NCBI GenBank assembly: GCA_947074145.1
Contig: CAMTOJ010000002.1
Span: 40,742 to 104,741 of the forward strand
DNA from: an uncultured Bacteroidales bacterium
GTDB taxonomy: Bacteria > Bacteroidota > Bacteroidia > Bacteroidales > JAUNSR01
DNA: 64,000 bases
Direction of reading: 5' to 3'
The notes beneath the pieces were generated by a model. The model made no database searches and was not told where the DNA came from. It saw only the letters and a program-made list of their open reading frames with translations. This document shows, in pieces, positions 48,089 to 57,964 of the stretch. Each line of letters opens with the position of its first letter. Within the stretch, counting starts at the first letter, position 1. A program made the translations under genes and the position numbers.

Positions 48089-50578
48089 ATGAAAAACAAA
48101 CAACTACTATTATTAGTAACTGCTATGATAGCAGTTCCGCTATATGCCGATGTTTTACCGTATCTGCCGGTTAAAGTAAATATTGGGGAGGAGATAAAAA
48201 AGGAAGATTTTAAAACTTTAAACTTTGAATCAGATTTTACCCTTGAATTTGAAGCTTCGCAGGGAGATATCGTGAAATTTTGTAACAGTACTTTTAACGG
48301 TATAGACTATGAAGTAAAGCACAACGGTAAATATCGTATAGCAAATAAAGCCGGGATACTTTATATTTATTGTAATAATAAATATTTGGAACAAAGAAGT
48401 ATTTACAATATTGAATATCCTTTAATTTATGATCTCGAAGATAATAAGGAAGCACAAGAGGGGATTTATTCGCCATTGAATTTATTTAAAAATCCGGGAT
48501 TTGAAGATATTGTAGATGGAGGTAAAGAGGAGAAAAACAGATATATTCCAGCCGCTTGGGAGAGTGAGAATTTCTATACTTCTACAAATTCTCGTGTAAA
48601 TACGGATTACGGTGATAAGTTGACCGGTATAGAGGGAAGAGGTGCATTAATGCATCATGGATATTCTGCCGGAAACGGAATGTTTTTTTATCAAAAAATT
48701 GATAATGAAAAATTGGAGAATAATAGTAAGTATCTTGTTTGTTTCAGAACATGGTCACATTCCAATGCTTACGGTAAATATACAGCTAAAGTAGGATATG
48801 AGGTTAATAGTGCCAATCTTATAGAGTATTCTTGGACTCAGACATCAACAGCGTATAATTGTAATGATCTGACTTTTGAATTTACATATCTTGAGAAAGA
48901 TGATAATAAAGATTTATATTTCACCATTATAAGAAATGGAGAAACCATAGGACATTTTGATAGAATGTTAATGGTTAAAAGGCGTTCTGATGCACCTGAA
49001 GTATCAGGATTATATTCTGAAAATATCACGAATGTCAAATTTGATGAGAGCGGAGCTTATGCTCCTGTTATGGATGTTTTAGAAGATGATTACTATGATA
49101 TGACTTCATTCATTAATGATGCTACGGTTTCAAAAGCTTCGGCATGGTCGGGTTCTACTGTTAAAATAGAGTCAGGAAAAGCGTATTCGGGAGCTCCTGA
49201 TGGCTCTTATCTTAATATGTGGAGTGGCAGTGTATTTACATATGATATCTATCAAAATATATCAGATTTACCATCCGGTGTTTATACACTGACAGCAGTT
49301 GCAAGATCTAATGATTCAGAATTTTATGTGTATTCTGAATCTGACTCAAATGAAAATAAAGTATCTATACCTAATAATGTGGAAAATGATACCGAATTAG
49401 GATTGGGATGGGAAAGAGTGAAAATTGAAAATATAATAGTTAAAAATGGATTATTAAAAATTGGTGCATCCGGTACTGCTTCTAAAGGAAATGTATGGCT
49501 GAGTGTTGACGATTTTCATTTATATTATCATGGAGTGGATGTATCGATTCTTAAAGAAACTCTATTAGAGTTGATCGAAGATTCTAAAAAGTTTGATCTT
49601 TCATCTGTGCCGACAGGAATTGCAAATGAACTTACTGATGCGATAAAAATAGCTGAAGAGGTTAGTAATAATGAAGAAGCGATTCGTTTGGCTGAGGAAA
49701 ATTTACTTGAGAAATTCACAACAGCTAATTCATATGTAGTTTTCTATGCAGATCTTAATAATTCTATTAAGTCATTCTCGTATTTGAATAATGAATGGTT
49801 TACAGATATAATAAATGATGCACAGATTGTGTATAGCCAAGAATCTCCAACACTTGAAGAGATAAAAGATGCACAAAATAATTTGCTTGATAATATTATC
49901 AAGATTATGGATAAATTCTCAGGATATAACTATACAGGGCAAATTTCAAATCCTGATATTAACTCAGAGAATGGTTGGATTTTTGAAAATAAAAACGGAT
50001 CGCATAAGACAATATCCGGTGAACACTATACATATGATGATCTTAATAGATATCTGGATTCATGGAATGGAACGCCGGGAGCTTTAGATTATAATGCATA
50101 TCAGAATATTACAAATCTTAAAAACGGATTATATATATTGTCTGCTGCAGCAAGAGCCTCAGGTAATGGTGCATTTATTTATGCTAACGATATGAAACGA
50201 GAGATATTTAATAATGGTTCATCAGATGGAGAACTGGACAAAGGATGGAATATTGTTCGCGTTCCTGTTGTGGTTACTGATGGAAATCTGAAAATCGGTG
50301 TAAGAACTATGGTTGATATGTGGACCGGTACATGGCTCAGTGCAGATGATTTTACTTTGATAAATTATCCTTATGATAATAATTATTTGAGTATTGAAGA
50401 TGCGGAAAAAGAAGATATCCGAATTTATACATTAGCAAGAAAAATATATGTGGAAGGAATTTCTGATTATGAAATAATTAATGTGAGTGGAATGAAGTTG
50501 CCGAAGAATTCAGAATTCGAAAAAGGTGTATATTATATTATTACCGAAAATAGAAGTTTCTCAATTTTTGTTAATTAA
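48089..50578 (+). CDS. Secreted multi-domain protein: three CBM-like jelly-roll modules, helical linkers, probable T9SS C-terminal domain
   Basis: 829 aa with signal peptide. CBM4/9-like start 'NLFKNPGFED'. Two clearly related internal modules, each ending '[VA]DDF.L' ('GVYTLTAVARSN...LKIGASG...WLSVDDFHLYY' and 'GLYILSAAARAS...LKIGVRT...WLSADDFTLINY'). Tail 'YEIINVSGMKL....EKGVYYIITENRSFSIFVN'. Confidence 0.65.
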   Translation: MKNKQLLLLVTAMIAVPLYADVLPYLPVKVNIGEEIKKEDFKTLNFESDFTLEFEASQGDIVKFCNSTFNGIDYEVKHNGKYRIANKAGILYIYCNNKYLEQRSIYNIEYPLIYDLEDNKEAQEGIYSPLNLFKNPGFEDIVDGGKEEKNRYIPAAWESENFYTSTNSRVNTDYGDKLTGIEGRGALMHHGYSAGNGMFFYQKIDNEKLENNSKYLVCFRTWSHSNAYGKYTAKVGYEVNSANLIEYSWTQTSTAYNCNDLTFEFTYLEKDDNKDLYFTIIRNGETIGHFDRMLMVKRRSDAPEVSGLYSENITNVKFDESGAYAPVMDVLEDDYYDMTSFINDATVSKASAWSGSTVKIESGKAYSGAPDGSYLNMWSGSVFTYDIYQNISDLPSGVYTLTAVARSNDSEFYVYSESDSNENKVSIPNNVENDTELGLGWERVKIENIIVKNGLLKIGASGTASKGNVWLSVDDFHLYYHGVDVSILKETLLELIEDSKKFDLSSVPTGIANELTDAIKIAEEVSNNEEAIRLAEENLLEKFTTANSYVVFYADLNNSIKSFSYLNNEWFTDIINDAQIVYSQESPTLEEIKDAQNNLLDNIIKIMDKFSGYNYTGQISNPDINSENGWIFENKNGSHKTISGEHYTYDDLNRYLDSWNGTPGALDYNAYQNITNLKNGLYILSAAARASGNGAFIYANDMKREIFNNGSSDGELDKGWNIVRVPVVVTDGNLKIGVRTMVDMWTGTWLSADDFTLINYPYDNNYLSIEDAEKEDIRIYTLARKIYVEGISDYEIINVSGMKLPKNSEFEKGVYYIITENRSFSIFVN

Positions 50579-50601
50579 ATAGAAAGCAACGCAGATGATA
50601 T

Positions 50602-50645
50602 AAGGCTATATAGTAACATATTTACTATATAGCCTTGTTTTTTAT
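50602..50645 (+). terminator. Rho-independent terminator
   Basis: AAGGCTATATAGTAA ... TTACTATATAGCCTT perfect 15-bp stem followed by GTTTTTT. Confidence 0.85.
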
Positions 50646-50680
50646 GTATAAATGTTAAATAGCGATGTGTTCGCAATACT

Positions 50681-50716
50681 TTTGTGCGAGGATATCTTAT
50701 TAATTGTTTATTTTTG
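50681..50716 (+). promoter_or_regulatory. Candidate Bacteroidota sigma-A promoter (-33 TTTG / -7 TAnnTTTG) for the LruC gene
   Basis: TTTG at 50681-50684 and TATTTTTG at 50709-50716, ~85 nt upstream of the ATG. Spacing is slightly longer than the consensus I remember. Weak call in AT-rich DNA. Confidence 0.3.
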
Positions 50717-50800
50717 TTGAAATTTTAGGTTTTTATTTCGGGGGGGAGAAAAACATATCTATGTATAACATGGAGAAATAATAATTATTAATAACATAAC

Positions 50801-52774
50801 ATGAAGTTTATCAACTATTTTTTACCTGTTTGTGTCGGTGCATTTATCGCATGTGATCCAACAGATGTTTATGACTCTTCGAAAGAAAAAGTAGAAGTTC
50901 CCCAAGAGGATTTTTTTGATTTTCAGTTAAGATCTGAAATAAATCTAAGTATTAATTATGGAATAAAGGGATATAAGACCATTATCGAGGTTTATGAAGA
51001 AAACCCGATGTGTTATGATGCTGATGGTGTATTGTATAAAAATGCAGATGTAAATGCTATATATAAGGCTTTTACTGATGAAAACTGCATTTATCAGGGA
51101 AAAATGAATTTGCCATCTCGTATATCCAAAGTATATATCTATACACCATTATTAGGTCTACCTACTTGCGTAGAGGTTGACGTTGAAGATGGGAAAGTTG
51201 TATTTGATATGTCTCAAATTGAAACAAGAGCTACTATAAGTACACCAACAACAAGTACTGCTCCATATTTATTGGAAGCTTCTAAAAAATTGTATTCTCT
51301 AACCAAATGGGAGAATTACGGAAAATTAAATGATAATAATTTTAAAGTTAATTATCCGGTTTTTGATGCTACTCTGTTAAGTAGACTTCAAAATATATTA
51401 TGGAATGGGAAAACATCAAAACCCGGGAATTTGGATAATACACATTTATTGGTTGATGAGCAGTTTACTAACATAAGCATTGCAACCAAGATGTTAGAAA
51501 ATGGTGTTACAATACCAGTAGAGGGAGCAACTATACAGTTGACCTTTTTAGCTGAAAGTGGAAATTATATGAATTCCTTAGGATATTACTATTATCCTAC
51601 CGGGTCTAATCCTGATGTGGCAGAACTAAATAAATATTTAATATTTCCTAATGTATCAGTAGCCGGAAGCTATCCTTTTACATATTCAAGAGAACAAAAT
51701 AGAGTAGGAAGACATGCTACATCAAATGCTCCATTGAAATCGGGAGCTACAGTTGATTTGTATTATATTGATGAAAATGGTAACAGATCCAATACGTTTC
51801 CTGCCGGATATACTATTGGCTGGTTTTTGATATCAGATGGTTTTACCGATGCCTCAATTCCTAAAAATTTAAATACATCAAACGATTTCCTTTATTCTAA
51901 TGTAAGTTTTAATAAGGATGGAAAGGCAAGATGCATATCAATGTATGATTCGAAGTCAGAGAAAATTGTCGTAGGTTTTGAAGACGGAGGCGATAAAAGT
52001 TGTGAAGATATATTGTTTTATGTAACAGCTAATCCGATGGGTGCTATAGTTGATCCTAATAAACCAACCATAGATGATGATGACGTCGTATTGCTACCTG
52101 AAATAGAGCCAGAGAAAAGTATCGGAACTTTAGCATTTGAAGATATATGGCCTTACGGAGGTGATTATGATATGAATGATGTTGTTATTACTTATGATAG
52201 AAATATATATTTTGATAACAATAATTTTGTAACAAAAATAACGACAAGATATTCTAATTATCATAATGGAGCCAAGATTATAAGTGCATTTGGTGTACAG
52301 TTACCTAAATGTATTAGTTATGATATGATTGAGTCTCAAACTATCAACGGAGAAATATTAAATTGGGAGAATAATCAATCTTTTCCAACTTATATAATCT
52401 ATAAGAATTGCAATGAAGATAAGAATGATTATGAGATTGAAATTAATTTGAAAGAAGGAATAATAAAAAAGGATATATTGTCAACTTCAAATTTTAATCC
52501 TTTTATTATTCCGGAATACTCAAATAATGAAGATTTAAGAACAGAGGTTCATCTACCAAAGATGGATATTACAGATCTCGGAATCGATCATAATGGAAGT
52601 TCTGGTAATTATTATTTTATCGGAACAATAGATGGAAGACAATACCCATTTGCGATAGATATTCCAATTCATAATTTTAAAGTTTCACCTGAATGTATAA
52701 GAATAAATGAAACTTATCTTTATTTTGATAAATGGGTAAGTGGAGAAGGTTATGAGGATTGGTATATGAAATAA
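50801..52774 (+). CDS. LruC-domain (DUF4842-type) lipoprotein
   Basis: 657 aa, lipobox 'GAFIACD'. Hallmark 'TLAFEDIWPYGGDYDMNDVVITYD' and 'FNPFIIP', '...EVHLP', 'PFAIDIP' motifs of LruC-domain proteins. A DUF4114-like segment 'VVGFEDGGDKSCEDILFYV'. Confidence 0.75.
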   Translation: MKFINYFLPVCVGAFIACDPTDVYDSSKEKVEVPQEDFFDFQLRSEINLSINYGIKGYKTIIEVYEENPMCYDADGVLYKNADVNAIYKAFTDENCIYQGKMNLPSRISKVYIYTPLLGLPTCVEVDVEDGKVVFDMSQIETRATISTPTTSTAPYLLEASKKLYSLTKWENYGKLNDNNFKVNYPVFDATLLSRLQNILWNGKTSKPGNLDNTHLLVDEQFTNISIATKMLENGVTIPVEGATIQLTFLAESGNYMNSLGYYYYPTGSNPDVAELNKYLIFPNVSVAGSYPFTYSREQNRVGRHATSNAPLKSGATVDLYYIDENGNRSNTFPAGYTIGWFLISDGFTDASIPKNLNTSNDFLYSNVSFNKDGKARCISMYDSKSEKIVVGFEDGGDKSCEDILFYVTANPMGAIVDPNKPTIDDDDVVLLPEIEPEKSIGTLAFEDIWPYGGDYDMNDVVITYDRNIYFDNNNFVTKITTRYSNYHNGAKIISAFGVQLPKCISYDMIESQTINGEILNWENNQSFPTYIIYKNCNEDKNDYEIEINLKEGIIKKDILSTSNFNPFIIPEYSNNEDLRTEVHLPKMDITDLGIDHNGSSGNYYFIGTIDGRQYPFAIDIPIHNFKVSPECIRINETYLYFDKWVSGEGYEDWYMK

Positions 52775-52777
52775 TCT

Positions 52778-52828
52778 TATAAATCAGGCAGTAATAATTC
52801 TAATATTATTGCCTGATTTATAAATTTT
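52778..52828 (+). terminator. Rho-independent terminator after the LruC gene
   Basis: ATAAATCAGGCAGTAATA ... TATTATTGCCTGATTTAT long stem with one bulge. Confidence 0.75.
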
Positions 52829-53063
52829 GTATTGAACAAAGATTTTCAAAAAATGTTAGAAAAATTATAATTGGTTTAACATTAGAGCTTTTGGTAATAA
52901 ATTTATATTTATTTTTGCACTGTGTAAACAATGTTAAAATAATCTATTTCTACGTAATATAAATGTGTCGTTTTACTAAATAAAAAAATTGATTCTATAT
53001 TACAGGCTGTGTAAATTTATATTGAAAGGGGTTTCAATTAAGACTAACGAAAAATACTAAAAA

Positions 53064-53996
53064 ATGAAAAGAATCTTAATAACAGGAGGGGCTGGTTTTA
53101 TAGGCTCTCATCTATGTGAAAGATTATTGAATGAAGGTAATGATATAATATGCCTAGACAATTATTTTACAGGAAATAAAGATAATATACGTCATTTGCT
53201 GGATAATCATAACTTTGAACTTGTAAGACATGACATAATTACACCGTATTATGCTGAGGTTGATGAAATTTACAACCTGGCATGTCCGGCTTCACCTCCT
53301 CACTATCAATACAATCCTATTAAAACAATGAAGACCTCAATCTATGGAGCGATGAATACATTGGGATTGGCCAAAAGAACTAATGCAAAGATTTTACAAG
53401 CATCAACAAGTGAAGTTTATGGAGATCCTATCATTCATCCTCAGGTAGAGTCTTATTGGGGAAATGTTAATCCGATAGGTATAAGATCTTGTTATGATGA
53501 AGGAAAAAGAGCCTCAGAAACACTTTTTATGGATTATCACAGACAAAATGGAGTGAAAATCAAAATTATACGCATTTTCAATACTTATGGTCCAAGAATG
53601 AATCCAAACGATGGGAGAGTAGTTAGTAATTTCATTGTGCAGGCATTGAAGAATGAAGATATAACCATTTTCGGAACAGGAGAACAAACCAGAAGTTTCC
53701 AGTATGTAGATGATTTAATTAATGGAATGACACGAATGATGCAGAGTGAAGATTCTTTTATCGGTCCTGTCAATCTTGGTAATCCCAACGAGTTTACTAT
53801 GTTGGAATTAGCACAAAAAATAATCGAGATTACCAATTCAAAATCGAAGTTGATTTTCTTACCATTGCCAGGAGATGATCCAAAACAAAGACAACCAGAT
53901 ATTACCTTAGCAAAGAATAAACTTGATTGGAGTCCTAAAATTCAACTACAAGATGGATTAAAAAGAACTATAGAATATTTTGATTCAATTATATAA
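53064..53996 (+). CDS. UDP-glucuronate decarboxylase (UDP-xylose synthase), SDR family
   Basis: 310 aa. '[18 protein letters not shown]', '[10 protein letters not shown]', '[10 protein letters not shown]', '[10 protein letters not shown]', 'DGRVVSNFI' closely follow the UXS pattern. Confidence 0.9.
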   Translation: MKRILITGGAGFIGSHLCERLLNEGNDIICLDNYFTGNKDNIRHLLDNHNFELVRHDIITPYYAEVDEIYNLACPASPPHYQYNPIKTMKTSIYGAMNTLGLAKRTNAKILQASTSEVYGDPIIHPQVESYWGNVNPIGIRSCYDEGKRASETLFMDYHRQNGVKIKIIRIFNTYGPRMNPNDGRVVSNFIVQALKNEDITIFGTGEQTRSFQYVDDLINGMTRMMQSEDSFIGPVNLGNPNEFTMLELAQKIIEITNSKSKLIFLPLPGDDPKQRQPDITLAKNKLDWSPKIQLQDGLKRTIEYFDSII

Positions 53997-54008
53997 ACCT
54001 TAATTAAG

Positions 54009-55139
54009 ATGGAGTATAAAGCTTCGGATTTTAAAATCTTAGTAGTTGATGATATCCCGGCCAATATTTTATTATTAAAGATTATATTAGAAAAGGAAGG
54101 GTATAATGTTGATACTACAGATAAAGGAAATGACGTTTATAAAATAGCTTTGAATTCCAAACCGGACTTAATATTATTAGATGTAATGATGCCCGATATG
54201 AGCGGGTATGAAGTTGCCGATCAGCTTAAAGCTGATTCTCAGACTGAAGATATTAGTATAATTTTTATTACAGCACTGACAGGAAGTAAGAATATTATAA
54301 ACGGATTTCAACATGGAGGAAACGATTATGTTTCAAAGCCATTTAATAAAGATGAATTATTGATAAAAATAAAGCATCAACTTTCGTTAACTAAAGCAAA
54401 AAGAATAATAGAAGAAGAGAATGTCAAGCTGCAGAATACTATAAAAATGAGAGATACATTATATTCGGTAGTTGCACATGACTTACGTTCTCCATTGGGA
54501 TCTCTTAAAATGACACTAAATATGCTTACAATGCTTCTGCCTAAGGATTTGATAGGCGAGGAGATGTCGGATATATTAAGTGATGCAAATAAGACGACAG
54601 AAGATTTGTTTGGTTTATTGGATAATTTACTTAAATGGACCAAGAGTTTGACAGGTCGTTTAAATGTCGCATTTAAGGACAATGATATAGTCCCGGTGGC
54701 TCTTGGAATCAAGCAGATATTTGATATTTCTGCAAAACAAAAGGGTTTGGAAATAAATGTAATAACCCCGGATTCTGTAGTTGCTCATATGGATATCGAT
54801 ATGATTAATACTGTACTTAGAAATCTTGTAAGTAATGCAATAAAATATAGTTCAAAAGATACTTCTATCGATATAACTATAACAGAAAATAAAGACAAGA
54901 TAATAGTTGGTGTTAAGGATTCTGGTATCGGAATGTCGCAGGATGTAAAAAATAAATTACTTAATGAGGTTTCGATAACAACCTTTGGAACTCAAAACGA
55001 GGAGGGTTCAGGCTTGGGGTTGCTTTTGTGTCGAGATTTTATTAATAAAAATAATGGCCGTTTTTGGTTTGAATCAGAACAAAACAAAGGTTCGGAGTTC
55101 TTTTTTGAACTGAAAAAATCACCTGTTAATATAGACTGA
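54009..55139 (+). CDS. Soluble hybrid receiver-histidine kinase (REC-HisKA-HATPase, no sensor or TM domain)
   Basis: 376 aa. REC 'ILVVDDIPAN...LILLDVMMPDMSG...YVSKPF', H-box 'VVAHDLRSPL', N-box 'LRNLVSNAIKYS', G-boxes 'DSGIGMS' and 'GSGLGL'. Confidence 0.9.
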   Translation: MEYKASDFKILVVDDIPANILLLKIILEKEGYNVDTTDKGNDVYKIALNSKPDLILLDVMMPDMSGYEVADQLKADSQTEDISIIFITALTGSKNIINGFQHGGNDYVSKPFNKDELLIKIKHQLSLTKAKRIIEEENVKLQNTIKMRDTLYSVVAHDLRSPLGSLKMTLNMLTMLLPKDLIGEEMSDILSDANKTTEDLFGLLDNLLKWTKSLTGRLNVAFKDNDIVPVALGIKQIFDISAKQKGLEINVITPDSVVAHMDIDMINTVLRNLVSNAIKYSSKDTSIDITITENKDKIIVGVKDSGIGMSQDVKNKLLNEVSITTFGTQNEEGSGLGLLLCRDFINKNNGRFWFESEQNKGSEFFFELKKSPVNID

Positions 55140-55272
55140 AACATATTAACAGAGTTAAATTAATACATTGATAAACAGAATTGAATTTATCTTTGTATCT
55201 TATTTTCTAGTAATAGAAATTGATGTTAGTAAACTAAAAATTATTTTAAAACCCTATACTAATTATTTTATT

Positions 55273-55647
55273 ATGCCAATTGAGAAGAAAAAAATTTTAG
55301 TGATAGATGATAAAGAAACGATTGCAAAGATTATAATAATTTATATGCAACAAGATTATGATATCACATGGTTTGATAATGGTGAAAAGGGTTATGAGTG
55401 GATCCAAAATGGAAATACACCAGATCTTATTATATCAGACATAAAAATGCCGGTGATGAGAGGGGATGAGTTCCTCAGAAAGATGAAAAATCATGATTTA
55501 TTCAAATATATACCTATTGTAATGTTATCGAGTGAAGATAGTACATCCGAAAGGGTTAAACTATTGTCAGAAGGAGCAGAAGATTATATAGTAAAACCTT
55601 TTAATCCGTTAGAGTTAAAAATAAGAATTAAAAAGATCTTAGAATAA
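55273..55647 (+). CDS. Single-domain response regulator (receiver only)
   Basis: 'KILVIDDKETI...DLIISDIKMPVMRGDEF...IVMLSSE...YIVKPF'. I prefer the start at MPIEKKK (55273). The listed GTG-type extension from 55168 is hydrophobic, low-complexity and intergenic-looking. Confidence 0.85.
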   Translation: MPIEKKKILVIDDKETIAKIIIIYMQQDYDITWFDNGEKGYEWIQNGNTPDLIISDIKMPVMRGDEFLRKMKNHDLFKYIPIVMLSSEDSTSERVKLLSEGAEDYIVKPFNPLELKIRIKKILE

Positions 55648-56810
55648 TGTCTTCAATATTTTACATAGGAAACAAAGAATCTTATATAAATCATTTTAAA
55701 AATATATTAAACGATAAGATATACATCAATCCTGATTATACAGATAAAAAAATATTTAATAAATCGGATAAAGAGAATTATATAAGTTTTCTTGAGATAG
55801 ATAAGAGTGATGATATTCTAGCAAAAATAACCTTTTTAAAAGAATCGTATCCTAAAATAAAAATAGTAGCAGTATCTCATTGTTTTAATAAAGAGTTAAG
55901 TCTAAGCTTATTAAAAGCTGGAGTTTGTGATTATGTTTCTCCGGATGTAAAAAAAGAAGAACTGGTATTACTTATTGAAGAGTTAAAAAATGGATTGCAG
56001 AAATCTCAAGATAAGAGTAATGATTTAAAGACATTTAAACTTCCAATATGGAAAAGAATATTTGATATATTGTTTTCTATTGTTTCCATTTTAGTTTTAT
56101 CTCCGATTTTCATATTAACGGCCCTTGCCATAGGTATTGAGAGTAAAGGAAAAATTATATATACATCAAAGAGAGTAGGTAGTAATTACAAGGTTTTTGG
56201 ATTTTTGAAATTTCGTTCCATGTATTTAGATGCTGATAAAAGAATAAATGAGTTTTCGTCATTGAATCAATATCAGCCTGAAGAGGCAGAGGTAAATATT
56301 TCAAATATTGATATCGAAGCAGTATTATCAGGAAAAGTATCAATTGAAGATCTGAATATTAATACAAAATCTATTCTGATAACTGATGATGATATGATTG
56401 AGGAATCTCAATTTATACAAAACAAAAGAATGCAACAGAACAATAGTTTTGTGAAATTAGAGAATGATCCACGTATTACTAAGGTTGGCAAGATTATAAG
56501 AAAATTTAGTATTGATGAGTTACCCCAGTTGTTTAATATTCTAAAAGGCGATATGTCTGTTGTTGGTAATAGACCATTGCCTTTATATGAAGCTGAGTTG
56601 CTTACAAAGGATGAATATATAGATCGATTTATGGCACCATCCGGTCTTACCGGATTGTGGCAGGTTGAAAAAAGAGGTTCAACCGGACGAATGTCAGCAG
56701 AAGAGAGAAAAATGCTGGATATAAAATATGCGCATGAATTTTCTTTTTGGTATGATATTAAACTTATCCTCAAGACATTTACTGCTTTCGTTCAAAAAGA
56801 AAATGTTTAG
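55647..56810 (+). CDS. Priming sugar-phosphate transferase (Bac_transf / WbaP-EpsL type) with N-terminal degenerate receiver-like domain
   Basis: 387 aa. C-terminal 'KRIFDILFSIVSILVLSPIF', 'GFLKFRSM', 'DPRITKVGKIIRKFSIDELPQLFNILKGDMSVVGNRP', 'GLTGLWQV'. The N-terminal ~115 aa have a receiver-like beta-alpha layout but lack the DD pair and the Lys. The start overlaps the RR stop (TAATG). Confidence 0.85.
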   Translation: MSSIFYIGNKESYINHFKNILNDKIYINPDYTDKKIFNKSDKENYISFLEIDKSDDILAKITFLKESYPKIKIVAVSHCFNKELSLSLLKAGVCDYVSPDVKKEELVLLIEELKNGLQKSQDKSNDLKTFKLPIWKRIFDILFSIVSILVLSPIFILTALAIGIESKGKIIYTSKRVGSNYKVFGFLKFRSMYLDADKRINEFSSLNQYQPEEAEVNISNIDIEAVLSGKVSIEDLNINTKSILITDDDMIEESQFIQNKRMQQNNSFVKLENDPRITKVGKIIRKFSIDELPQLFNILKGDMSVVGNRPLPLYEAELLTKDEYIDRFMAPSGLTGLWQVEKRGSTGRMSAEERKMLDIKYAHEFSFWYDIKLILKTFTAFVQKENV

Positions 56811-56841
56811 ATTTTAGAACAATATAATCGTTTGCATTAAT

Positions 56842-57957
56842 ATGAAAAGTGATGAAAACAGGTTTGGTAAAACTCTTGCAATAAAAGGTTTTATAGACTT
56901 AATTTTTAGTTTAATTTCTTTATTAATCATTGTTATTACTATTATCGGCTCTTTGGGATCTATATTAAATCCTACGACAAATAAACTTTCTTATTTGTTT
57001 TCATTGATAATGCCGATACTTTTTTTTATTAATTTTATATTATTGATTTATCGTTTTGGTCGACAAAAGTTTAATAACAAATTGACCTATATTCATATAA
57101 TTCTTTTACTATTAATTGGAAAAGATTTAATCAATTTACCTTTTTCTGGATCTAAAGAAATTGAGGAAGAGAAAGGATTATCTATATTTTCATATAATGT
57201 CAGAAGTTTTAATTATTACAATAAGGAGCCATTATCAATTCTTGGAGTTATTAATGAAGTGAATGAAAAATCTCCGGATATAGTGTGTTTACAGGAATAT
57301 CTTGAATTTAATGACACAACGAAAATAAATTTTCACAAAAGAATAATGACTACTTATCCATATAAATTTTATGATATTAAGGGTCATAATGCTCAAGCAT
57401 CCGGAGGATTGATCTTATATAGTAAATATCCCATAATAGATGGAGGGGTATTGGAATATGAAAATTCAACAATTGCAATTTTCACTGATATTAAATACAA
57501 AACAGACACATTAAGAGTTATTAATACTCATCTGCAAAGTACGAAGTTCAATCAGACTAGTCTGAATTATCTAAAATCAGGACGATCTTTAGATAATAAA
57601 AATGACAGAAAGTATTTAAATAATATATTTTCAGAAATATATTCAAGTGCGGGGTTGAGAGTAAAGCAAGTTGAGTTGATAAATAAAAATGTGGAATATT
57701 CAGAATATCCAACAATAATATGTGGGGATTTTAATGAAAATAATTTCTCTTATATATATAATGAAATAACCAAAAAAACAAAGGATGCATATAAAGAGGT
57801 AGGTAAAGGCTATGTATCAACCTATAAAGGTCTATATAACCTGTTTCGCATAGATCATATCTTTTATACCAATCATATACAAGGTATAAAATATAAATCG
57901 CCATCATTGCCATATTCTGACCATAATCCGGTTTTGTTTAATTTTTTAATAAAATAG
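56842..57957 (+). CDS. Membrane-anchored endonuclease/exonuclease/phosphatase (EEP) family protein
   Basis: 371 aa. Three N-terminal TM helices, then EEP motifs 'LSIFSYNVRSF', 'PDIVCLQE', 'VINTHLQS', 'ICGDFNE', 'IDHIF', 'SDHNPV'. Confidence 0.8.
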   Translation: MKSDENRFGKTLAIKGFIDLIFSLISLLIIVITIIGSLGSILNPTTNKLSYLFSLIMPILFFINFILLIYRFGRQKFNNKLTYIHIILLLLIGKDLINLPFSGSKEIEEEKGLSIFSYNVRSFNYYNKEPLSILGVINEVNEKSPDIVCLQEYLEFNDTTKINFHKRIMTTYPYKFYDIKGHNAQASGGLILYSKYPIIDGGVLEYENSTIAIFTDIKYKTDTLRVINTHLQSTKFNQTSLNYLKSGRSLDNKNDRKYLNNIFSEIYSSAGLRVKQVELINKNVEYSEYPTIICGDFNENNFSYIYNEITKKTKDAYKEVGKGYVSTYKGLYNLFRIDHIFYTNHIQGIKYKSPSLPYSDHNPVLFNFLIK

Positions 57958-57964
57958 TTCCTTT

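Noticed and set aside
55168-55272. N-terminal extension of the stand-alone response regulator ORF (and similar upstream extensions at 5910, 26700, 44496, 33790, 60644)
   Set aside because: The extensions begin at non-ATG or poorly placed codons, encode low-complexity sequence, and in some cases would overlap neighbouring genes. Internal ATGs give canonical family N-termini.
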